Under the pieces are notes generated by a model. That model ran no database searches, had not been told where the DNA came from, and worked only from the letters and a program-made list of their open reading frames with translations. The translations under genes were made by a program, and so were the position numbers. From positions 434 through 64,433 of the forward strand of contig CAZRMW010000004.1 of NCBI GenBank assembly GCA_964601305.1: 64,000 bases of DNA, given 5' to 3'. Below, in pieces: positions 17,043 through 25,127 of this stretch. The first letter of the stretch is position 1, and every line of letters starts with the position of its first letter. This DNA is from an uncultured Candidatus Saccharibacteria bacterium. Lineage in GTDB: Bacteria; Patescibacteriota; Minisyncoccia; JAHISW01; Tagabacteraceae.

Positions 17043-18038
17043 ATGTTTAAAAAAATATTAAAAATTTTGTTAATAATAATTTTTTTGATGGTTTGTGCTG
17101 GGTGGTTTTTTGTTAGCCGTGTGCCAAAAGTTGAGCCAAAAAATTTTGGTATTACATATTCTGTAAAAATGGCAAAAGATTTTGGTATAGACTGGCAAGA
17201 AGCTTTTGAAGCATCTTTAGAAGATTTGGGAGTTAAAAAAATAAGGATCCCTGTGTATTGGGATGAAGTTGAAAAAGAGGAGGGAGTGTGGGATTTTTCT
17301 CAAATAGATTGGATGCTTGAGCAAGCAGAAAAGTATGATGCTGAAATTGTCCTTGCTGTTGGTAAGAAGGTGCCGCGGTGGCCGGAATGCCATACCCCGC
17401 ACTGGGTGCGGGAATTTTCAATTTCCAATTCTCAATTTTCAAACGAAAAACTACTAAACTATATAGAAACTACGATTAAACGATACGACGACAAAGAGGT
17501 GGTAAAATATTGGCAAATAGAAAACGAGCCATTTTTAAAATTTGGGATTTGCCCTAATTACGATCCATATTTTGTTGATGAAGAAATTAAGCTTGTAAAA
17601 AGTTTATCGGACAAAAAAATAATAATGTCCGATGGAGGTGAATTTGGAGATTGGGTTAGGGCGTACAAAAGAACGGATGTTTTTGGGTCTACTTTGTATC
17701 GTCACATAGTTTCTAGATTTATGGGAGAATGGACATATCCAATTCCTTCTTGGGTTTTTAGATTAAGGCAGGGAATAGTAAAAACTTTTTATGGGGATAA
17801 ACCAAGAATAGTGATAGAGCTACAATCAGAGCCGTGGATAGATGGTGTGGTAAAAGACTCTACTGTAGAAAGGCAGTACGAGGGCTTTGGCCCAGAAAGA
17901 TTTAAAGAAATGATGAAGTATATAGAAGGCACTGGTTTTGATACTTTTTATTTCTGGGGTGTTGAATGGTGGTACTTCTTAAAAGAGCAAGGCCACCCAG
18001 AAATGTGGGATTTGGCTAAGGAGAAAATAAGTTCTTGA
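17043..18038 (+). CDS. Membrane-anchored glycoside hydrolase, GH5-like TIM barrel with an IENEP acid/base motif.
   Basis: N-terminal TM, then IRIPVYWDEVE...AEIVLAVG...WQIENEP. Confidence 0.45.
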   Translation: MFKKILKILLIIIFLMVCAGWFFVSRVPKVEPKNFGITYSVKMAKDFGIDWQEAFEASLEDLGVKKIRIPVYWDEVEKEEGVWDFSQIDWMLEQAEKYDAEIVLAVGKKVPRWPECHTPHWVREFSISNSQFSNEKLLNYIETTIKRYDDKEVVKYWQIENEPFLKFGICPNYDPYFVDEEIKLVKSLSDKKIIMSDGGEFGDWVRAYKRTDVFGSTLYRHIVSRFMGEWTYPIPSWVFRLRQGIVKTFYGDKPRIVIELQSEPWIDGVVKDSTVERQYEGFGPERFKEMMKYIEGTGFDTFYFWGVEWWYFLKEQGHPEMWDLAKEKISS

Positions 18039-18085
18039 CTTTTTGTTATAAGAAAGTATGATAATATAATATTAAATTATCATAT
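18035..18085 (+). promoter_or_regulatory. Promoter region with an inverted-repeat operator (TATGATAAT...ATTATCATA) upstream of the parD-like TA operon.
   Basis: TTGACT at 18035-18040. The inverted repeat occupies 18057-18065 and 18076-18084, flanking a TATAAT-like box. Confidence 0.45.
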
Positions 18086-18102
18086 AATTTTTAAATAAAA
18101 AT

Positions 18103-18321
18103 ATGACCACATTATCTGTGCCACTTTCTTCTAAACTAGAAGAATTTGTAAAAAACTCTGTTAAGCAGGGGATTGCGCCAACGAAAGCAGAAGTTGTAAG
18201 AAAAGCCCTTAAAAAAATGGCGGAGGAAGAAGCCATAAATGATGTTTTAGAAGCTCAAAAAGAAGGAAGAGAGGGAAAAATTCTTTATGGTGATCTTGAT
18301 GAGTTGATCAAAAAGATATGA
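18103..18321 (+). CDS. parD: ParD/ribbon-helix-helix type II antitoxin.
   Basis: MTTLSVPLSSKLEEFVKNSVKQG..TKAEVVRKALKKM, 72 aa. It overlaps the toxin gene by 4 nt (ATGA). Confidence 0.65.
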   Translation: MTTLSVPLSSKLEEFVKNSVKQGIAPTKAEVVRKALKKMAEEEAINDVLEAQKEGREGKILYGDLDELIKKI

Positions 18322-18593
18322 ATAACTCAAAATTTATAGTTGGTTATTCTCCCAGATTTGCAAAAAAATACAAATCTTTTGAAAAAAATCTCAGAAGTGA
18401 AGTAAAAGAGAAGATAGAACTATTAAAAGATGCAAAAAATCATAAATATTTAAAAGTCCATAAACTTCATGGGGTCTTGAGGGGTTGTTATAGTTTTTCT
18501 GTAAATTACAAAATTAGGGCTGTGTTTGAGTATATTTCAAAGGAAAAAATTTTACTTCTTGGGGTTGGCGATCACGATGTCTACAAAAAATAA
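18318..18593 (+). CDS. parE: RelE/ParE-family type II toxin.
   Basis: YKIRAVFEY...ILLLGVGDHDVYK matches the RelE/ParE C-terminal motif. 91 aa. Confidence 0.65.
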   Translation: MNNSKFIVGYSPRFAKKYKSFEKNLRSEVKEKIELLKDAKNHKYLKVHKLHGVLRGCYSFSVNYKIRAVFEYISKEKILLLGVGDHDVYKK

Positions 18594-18708
18594 ACTCAAA
18601 AAACATTCCAACATTCTGCAGAATATCAGAATGTTTTGTGTTGCTTGTGTGGTGGTGTGTTTTATGATAGTTTGAGTAAAGAACAAAAAACAAGGAGGGT
18701 TATTTTCA

Positions 18709-19100
18709 TGGAGACACATCTTACAGATATTGGGAAAGAAAAAATTGAAAAAGAACTTGAAAGACTTAAGAAATTGCGTGAAGAGAAAATTCAAGAATTA
18801 AGAAAACTAGAAGATAGTAATCTTGGTGCATGGAATACATATGGAAGTGAATTGTGTGCAGGAAGCATGTCTAACGCAGAAGAAAAAAAAGAAAAAGAAA
18901 TTAAGAGAATAAAAGAAACCGTGGTTTTACTCAAAGATGTTCTTTCTGGGGAACTTGATATATCAGCAAAAAACGAATCTGCATTGCGGTTTTCTATGCG
19001 GGAAATACATTTGAAAATAGAAGGTCTAAAAACTAAGAAAAGTGTAATGGAAGCAGAACATACTAGAGTAATCCAAGCAAGAGGTATTATAATGAGATAA
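18709..19100 (+). CDS. Hypothetical coiled-coil protein, paralog of 19375..19722. The track ORF starts at 18636, but an AGGAGG RBS precedes the ATG at 18709.
   Basis: The shared block VVLLKDVLSGELDISAKNESALRFSM in this gene aligns with ICLLKTVLFNDLDISKEKENDFRETA in the paralog. Confidence 0.45.
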
Positions 19101-19374
19101 AATAAATGGACAGTTTTGAATTTAAAGGCGGGAATACCCTCGCCTTTTTTGTTTGGGTTATAGCACCGAGTCTGTGTTTTTTCTATTAGTTTTTCTATTG
19201 TCCCTAAAATTCACGATCCCGCCAGATTTATCCACCTTCGCCAGAGGCGGGCAGGCGTGAAAAAAAGGGAAGGATAGGGGTAAGAGGACAGAAAAAGAGT
19301 TGTACGCAGGGTGCTTTTTGTGGTAGCTTAGACAAAGAATGTAAAAACAACAAGAAAAAAAAGGGGGTTTATTA

Positions 19375-19722
19375 ATGACGTCTTTTGAAAATATAAAGCG
19401 TATGGCTCATTTGAGACAAGAGAAAGAAGATGACTTAAAAAAGAACAAAGAAAAGATAATATGCAGAAAAATAGAAGAGCTTGAAGACGAACTAAAAGAT
19501 AAATCAACAGATGAATGGGAAATCGATAAAATTGAAGAGTCTATTTGTTTACTCAAAACAGTGCTTTTTAATGACCTAGATATATCCAAAGAAAAGGAAA
19601 ATGATTTTAGAGAAACTGCCTTTAAATTGGATGGAAAGATAAGAAAATTACAAATAGATAAATTTTCTGCTGAAAGTTCACGTGAGTTTGTTTCGAAAAT
19701 AAGAAGCATAGTTCTTGGTTAA
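19375..19722 (+). CDS. Hypothetical coiled-coil protein, paralog of 18709..19100.
   Basis: RBS AGGGGG, then ATG. See the shared block above. Confidence 0.45.
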   Translation: MTSFENIKRMAHLRQEKEDDLKKNKEKIICRKIEELEDELKDKSTDEWEIDKIEESICLLKTVLFNDLDISKEKENDFRETAFKLDGKIRKLQIDKFSAESSREFVSKIRSIVLG

Positions 19723-19947
19723 CATAAAAACACCCTGACATACTTCCGCCAGAGGCGGACAGGTGAGAATGTTGGGGTTTTTATTTTACTCCCTAAGCAA
19801 TGCTATCACCCCAAATGTGTGGTGTTTTTCTATTCTTTCTAAAATTAACGATCGTGAGAAATGGGTAGGATAGAATAATTCCTTGATTTATACTGTATTT
19901 CTGATACTATGAAATTATGAGTTTTATAAATTCTAAATTTTATAAAA

Positions 19948-20229
19948 ATGACAAGAATACTAGAAAAAAATAAAATAATAGCCACAAGAGTAAAAAGAAA
20001 TTATCAAATAACTATTCCGCAAAATTTGCGTAAAAAATTTGATGTGGATATTGGTGATTATGTAGAGGTAGATATAAAGCCTGTTAAACTTATTTCTGCT
20101 GATCAAGAGTATTTTCATACAAAAGAATGGCAAAAAGGCGAAGCAGGAGCTGATAAAGATATTGCAGAAGGAAGAGTTGCTGGTCCGTTTAATAGTGTTA
20201 AAGATTTAGTTAAGGAATTGAAAAATTAA
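19948..20229 (+). CDS. AbrB/MazE/SpoVT-family type II antitoxin.
   Basis: ATRVKRNYQITIPQNLRKKFDVDIGDYVEVD is swapped-hairpin barrel-like. Confidence 0.6.
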   Translation: MTRILEKNKIIATRVKRNYQITIPQNLRKKFDVDIGDYVEVDIKPVKLISADQEYFHTKEWQKGEAGADKDIAEGRVAGPFNSVKDLVKELKN

Positions 20230-20235
20230 AACTGT

Positions 20236-20493
20236 ATGAAATTTTATCGTACAGAAAAATTCAAAAAAGACTATAAAAAATTGCCTACTAAAACTAAAAA
20301 ATTAGCTGAAAAACAATTGGTGTTTTTATTGTCCAATCCTAAGCACCCCTCTTTAAATATTAAAAAAATGCAGGACAAAAGGAACATCTGGGAGATTAGA
20401 ATAACAGATTCATATAGGCTGACTTTTCAAATATCAAAAGAAGGCTACTTATTGCGTAAAATAGGAACACATAAAATTTTAAAAAATCCATAA
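20236..20493 (+). CDS. RelE/ParE (YoeB-like) type II toxin.
   Basis: FKKDYKKL...NP.HPSLNIKKMQ...WEIRITDSYRLTFQI...LLRKIGTHKIL. Confidence 0.6.
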   Translation: MKFYRTEKFKKDYKKLPTKTKKLAEKQLVFLLSNPKHPSLNIKKMQDKRNIWEIRITDSYRLTFQISKEGYLLRKIGTHKILKNP

Positions 20494-20495
20494 TT

Positions 20496-20891
20496 ATGAA
20501 CTACATATATTTAATTATTGCTGGGGTGTTGGGATATCTTTTGGGTAAAAAAACAAATCAACCTCACTATTTTAAAACAAAATCAAAAAGTGAGCTTAGA
20601 GAAATTAGGAAAAGTGCTATAGAGGCGCTAGATAAAAGAACAGAAGAAAGAAAAGAAAAGATTTTGGAGTTTATGCGAGGCGAAGCCGAGCACGGAGAAA
20701 AACTCAAAGCATGTAACTTAGATCAGGGTTCGTCGCAGGTTACTCGTGGTGACATTGAGAAGCTTTTGGATGTTTCTGATGTTACGGCTAATAAATATCT
20801 AAACGAATTAGAGTCTGAGAACAAAATTAAACAAGTTGGAAATACCGGCAAAAACGTTTATTATATCTTAATTACACAAGAACCCATATAG
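20496..20891 (+). CDS. Membrane-anchored winged-helix (HTH) protein, hypothetical.
   Basis: N-terminal TM. The C-terminal VTRGDIEKLLDVSDVTANKYLNELESENKIKQV is wHTH-like. Confidence 0.4.
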   Translation: MNYIYLIIAGVLGYLLGKKTNQPHYFKTKSKSELREIRKSAIEALDKRTEERKEKILEFMRGEAEHGEKLKACNLDQGSSQVTRGDIEKLLDVSDVTANKYLNELESENKIKQVGNTGKNVYYILITQEPI

Positions 20892-20903
20892 GTTTTTGTG
20901 TAA
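20872..20903. repeat. Palindromic hairpin repeat, copy 1 (TTACACAAGAACC-CATATA-GGTTTTTGTGTAA). The second copy is at 21604-21633.
   Basis: Two near-identical copies flank the tandem-repeat gene 21036..21554. Confidence 0.7.
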
Positions 20904-21035
20904 TGTGTGTGAAGCTAAGCTTCCAACATATTGTTTTGGTATTGATTTAGGCCATTTTGTTTGACAAAATTAAGGATACCTGCTTAAATGAGTCAAAATA
21001 CAAAAACAGGTCTTTGAAAAGAAAAGGAGGGGTAT

Positions 21036-21554
21036 ATGGAAAACTTAAAACCTTTGTTTGAAAGTTTTTTAAATTTAGATATTAAAGAGAGTATTAATTT
21101 GGAAGAAGTTTCCAACATAGACAAACTTATATCCTATTGGAAAAACACTTCTTCAGATTCAAAGCCAGAAGAACTCATCGAAGCTAGAATGGTTGTGGTT
21201 TTGGAAGAAGTTTCCAACATAGACAAACTTATATCCTACTGGGAAAACACTTCTTCAGATTCAAAACCAAAAGAACTCATCGAAGCTAGAATGGTTGTGG
21301 TTTTGGAAGAACAGCTTCCAAACATTTCCGACATAGACAAACTTATATCCTACTGGGAAAACACTTCTTCGGACTCAAAGCCAAGAAAACTCATCGAAGC
21401 TAGAATGGTTGTGGTTTTGGAAGAAGTTTCCGAAAAGAATATTGAAGATATTCCCGACTGGTTTATTGGTTTATTAAAAAACGAGGTTAAAATACCCAAT
21501 TTTTTGAAAGAAAAATTTAAAGAGAAGGCAAAGAGTATTTATCGAAATTTTTAA
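21036..21554 (+). CDS. Hypothetical protein with three near-identical tandem ~35-38-aa repeats (EEVSNIDKLISYWENTSSDSKP.ELIEARMVVVLEE).
   Basis: Strong RBS aaaggagggg. The DNA tandem repeats span ~21101-21425 and are almost identical at nucleotide level. Confidence 0.55.
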   Translation: MENLKPLFESFLNLDIKESINLEEVSNIDKLISYWKNTSSDSKPEELIEARMVVVLEEVSNIDKLISYWENTSSDSKPKELIEARMVVVLEEQLPNISDIDKLISYWENTSSDSKPRKLIEARMVVVLEEVSEKNIEDIPDWFIGLLKNEVKIPNFLKEKFKEKAKSIYRNF

Positions 21555-21603
21555 AATTTAATATTCAAAGGCAGATCAGAAATGGTCTGCTTTTTGTATT
21601 AAC

Positions 21604-21633
21604 ACACAAGAACCTATATAGGTTTTTGTGTAA
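21604..21633. repeat. Palindromic hairpin repeat, copy 2 (ACACAAGAACC-TATATA-GGTTTTTGTGTAA).
   Basis: See 20872-20903. Confidence 0.7.
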
Positions 21634-21953
21634 TTGAGAGTTGCTACACAAGGTGTTGACACTATTTTACGGGGGTGCTAAGGTACTTATCAACAGTTTT
21701 GCTGTTTGCAAAACTTATTTTTAAAGGTAATATCAAATTTAAGGTGTTTACTACGCCAATATTTCAGTAATAATAAATTAAATAAATAAGAAACCCGTTT
21801 TTAAAAAGACAGGAGGGGCTGTTTTTGGTAGATTGCGCTTTAACTCACCAGTTTCTTATTTTCAATTATTGCTACATTAATTGTTTATACAAGTTACAAC
21901 AAAGCTTGTAGTAAAAAAGTTAACTCAATTTTTTAAACTTAAATAAATTTAAA

Positions 21954-24900
21954 ATGCAAAAAGCGCGAGAACAAAAATTTTTTTCAAAATATAAAGAGCT
22001 GTTAGCTGATGTACCATCTCTAACAGAAATACAGCTTCAGTCTTTTGACCAATTTAAAACAGATGGCTTGAAACAGTTGTTTAAGGAGTTTTCACCAATA
22101 AAAGACTATACAGAAAAAGAATACGATTTAGAATTTGTAAATTTTAACATTGGAGAGCCTAAGTGTGATGAGTATTATGCTAAGGCAAACAACATGTCTT
22201 ACGAAGCTCCACTTAAGGTGGATGTAAAATTGACAAATAAAGCTTTGGGAGAGACAAAAGAGCAGGAAATCTTTTTGTCTGATTTCCCTCTTATGACAGA
22301 TCATGGCACTTTTGTGATAAATGGAGTAGAGCGTGTGATAGTTTCTCAACTTGCACGCTCTTTTGGTGTGTACTTTTCCATGAATGTTTTTAGAGGAAAG
22401 AAAAATTTTGGAGCAAAAATCATTCCAAACAGAGGAGCTTGGATAGAGATTGAAACAGAGTCAGACAATGCAATATATGCAAGAATAGACAGAAAAAGGA
22501 AAATAGCTGTAAGTGCTCTTTTGAGGGCTTTTGGTTTTTCATCAGATACCCAAATTAAAACTGCCTTCAAACATATAAAGCCTGGAGATATAGATTATAT
22601 AAAAAATACTTTAGAAAAAGATGAGTCTAAAAACTCTGACGAGGCTTTTATAGAAATTTTTAAAAGAATTAGGCCAGGTGAACTGGCTACAGCAACGAAT
22701 GCTAGAGATCTTATAGAAGCTATGTTTGGTGAAGAAAGATATGATTTGTCTTTGGTGGGTAGGTACAAACTAAATCAAAGATTAGGGCTTTCTACAGATA
22801 ATGTAAAAAAAGAAAAGAAAGTAGTTACTAAAGAAGATTTGGTAGCTGTAATTGCAGAAGTGATTAGATTAAATGATGATCCAAAATCTGAACCAGACGA
22901 TATAGATCATTTGGGAAATAGGAGAATTAGGGCTATTGGAGAAATGCTTCAAGACAGGCTCCGAGTTGGTATGGCTAGAATGAAAAAAGCTATTCAAGAC
23001 AGAATGTCTACTGTGGATGCAGAGTTAGCAACTCCAAACCAACTTGTAAATGCTAGGCCGTTTTCTGCAATAGTTAAAGAATATTTTGCAACAAATCAAT
23101 TATCTCAATTTATGAGCCAAGAGAATGTTTTGGCAGAACTAGAGCACCTAAGAACACTTTCTGCACTTGGTCCAGGAGGACTTACTAGAGAAAGAGCTGG
23201 GTTTGAGGTGAGAGACGTGCACGCTTCTCATTATGGTAGAATTTGCCCTATCCATACACCTGAAGGTCCAAACATTGGTTTGGTTGTTCATCTTGCTACT
23301 TACGCCAAATTAAATGAATATGGAATTATAGAAACTCCTTATCGTAAGGTTAAAAATGGAAAAATCACCGGAGAAGTAGTGTACTTAGATGCTTTTGAAG
23401 AAACAAAATACAATATTGCGCATGCTGGTGTAGAATACGATAAAAATGGCAAATTGCTTGACGAAATGGTAGAAGCTAGAGTTGGTCAGGTGCCGGGCAT
23501 TGTTGAAAGAAAAGAGATTAATTTTATAGATGTTTCTCCGCAACAGGCTTTTAGTATTGCAACATCTCTTATTCCATTTTTGGAGCATGATGATGCAAAC
23601 AGAGCTTTGATGGGTTCAAATATGCAAAAACAGGGAGTACCTTGTTTAAACCCAGAAGCGCCGATTGTAGCAACGGGCTGGGAAGAGAGAGCAGCTCGAG
23701 ATAGTGGTCGCTTGGTTGTTGCTAAAAATCCAGGAAAAGTAAAATATGTGGACGGTAAAAAAATAATCATAAAAACTAATGCGGGAAAAAATGATGAATA
23801 TAGTCTAATTAGCTATGTGAGATCAAACGACTTTACAGCCATAGGTCAGAGACCAATAGTAGATTTGGGAGATAATGTAAAAAAAGGACAAGTTTTGGCT
23901 GATGCAAGCTCTACAGAAAATGGACAGGCTGCAGTTGGTAAAAATATTTTAGGAGCATATCTTTCTTGGAGCGGGTCTAACTTTGAGGACGCTATTATTA
24001 TTTCTGAGCGTTTAGTCAAAGACGACATTTTTACTTCTGTTCATATTGAAGAGTTTTCTGTAAAAGTTAGGGACACAAAGCTTGGCCCAGAAATTACAAC
24101 TTACGATATTCCAAATATTGGTGAAGATAAACTAAAAGACTTAGATGAAGACGGAATAATAAGAGTTGGAGCAGAAGTTAGAGCTGGCGATATTTTGGTT
24201 GGTAAAATTTCTCCAAAAGGAGAAGTAGAGCTTACACCAGAAGAAAGGCTTCTAAGAGCGATTTTTGGTGAAAAAGCAAGGGAAGTAAAAGATTCTTCTT
24301 TAAGACTAGAGCATGGTAAGCGAGGCAGAGTTACTGGAGTGAAGGTTTTTTCAAGAGACAAAGGAGATAAACTAGAAACAGGAGTTATAAAAGAAATTAA
24401 AATAGAGTTGGCACAACTTAGAAAAATTTCAGTGGGAGACAAATTAGCAGGTCGCCACGGAAACAAGGGTGTTATCTCTAAGATTTTGCCAGCAGAAGAT
24501 ATGCCATACCTTGAAGATGGTAGACCGCTCGATATTATTTTAAATCCACTCGGTATCGCAGGAAGGATGAATTTAGGGCAAGTGCTAGAATGTCATTTGG
24601 GTTGGGCAGCAGAAAGGTTAGGCTACCAGGCTATTACTCCGCCATTTAGAGGAGTAACAGAAGAAGAAATAAGTGATGAATTAGAGGCCGCGGGTCTTCC
24701 AAGAGAAGGAAAGGTAAAACTTTACGACGGCAGAACCGGAGAAAGTTTTGAGCAAGATGTGGCAGTGGGGCAAGTATATATGCTTAAACTTATACACATG
24801 GTGGAAGATAAAATGCACATGCGTTCTATTGGTCCTTACTCTCTTATTACTCAACAGCCACTTGGAGGTAAAGCGCAAGGAGGTGGTCAGAGATTTGGAG

Positions 24901-25127
24901 AAATGGAAGTCTGGGCTCTAGAAGGATACGGAGTGTCTCATGTACTTCAAGAAGTTTTAACTGTAAAATCAGACGATGTTTTGGGGCGAACTGCGGTTTT
25001 TGACGCTATAGTGAAAGGGGAAAATTTTAGGAGTCCAAATATTCCAGCATCTTTTCATGTGCTAGTAAACGAGCTTAAAGGCTTGGCATTAAATGTAATA
25101 TTAAAAAAAGAAGACGATGAACACTAA
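21954..25127 (+). CDS. rpoB: DNA-directed RNA polymerase beta subunit, compact form.
   Basis: Multiple Rpb2 signature blocks (GRHGNKGVISKI, NMQRQ-like regions). Confidence 0.9.
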   Translation: MQKAREQKFFSKYKELLADVPSLTEIQLQSFDQFKTDGLKQLFKEFSPIKDYTEKEYDLEFVNFNIGEPKCDEYYAKANNMSYEAPLKVDVKLTNKALGETKEQEIFLSDFPLMTDHGTFVINGVERVIVSQLARSFGVYFSMNVFRGKKNFGAKIIPNRGAWIEIETESDNAIYARIDRKRKIAVSALLRAFGFSSDTQIKTAFKHIKPGDIDYIKNTLEKDESKNSDEAFIEIFKRIRPGELATATNARDLIEAMFGEERYDLSLVGRYKLNQRLGLSTDNVKKEKKVVTKEDLVAVIAEVIRLNDDPKSEPDDIDHLGNRRIRAIGEMLQDRLRVGMARMKKAIQDRMSTVDAELATPNQLVNARPFSAIVKEYFATNQLSQFMSQENVLAELEHLRTLSALGPGGLTRERAGFEVRDVHASHYGRICPIHTPEGPNIGLVVHLATYAKLNEYGIIETPYRKVKNGKITGEVVYLDAFEETKYNIAHAGVEYDKNGKLLDEMVEARVGQVPGIVERKEINFIDVSPQQAFSIATSLIPFLEHDDANRALMGSNMQKQGVPCLNPEAPIVATGWEERAARDSGRLVVAKNPGKVKYVDGKKIIIKTNAGKNDEYSLISYVRSNDFTAIGQRPIVDLGDNVKKGQVLADASSTENGQAAVGKNILGAYLSWSGSNFEDAIIISERLVKDDIFTSVHIEEFSVKVRDTKLGPEITTYDIPNIGEDKLKDLDEDGIIRVGAEVRAGDILVGKISPKGEVELTPEERLLRAIFGEKAREVKDSSLRLEHGKRGRVTGVKVFSRDKGDKLETGVIKEIKIELAQLRKISVGDKLAGRHGNKGVISKILPAEDMPYLEDGRPLDIILNPLGIAGRMNLGQVLECHLGWAAERLGYQAITPPFRGVTEEEISDELEAAGLPREGKVKLYDGRTGESFEQDVAVGQVYMLKLIHMVEDKMHMRSIGPYSLITQQPLGGKAQGGGQRFGEMEVWALEGYGVSHVLQEVLTVKSDDVLGRTAVFDAIVKGENFRSPNIPASFHVLVNELKGLALNVILKKEDDEH

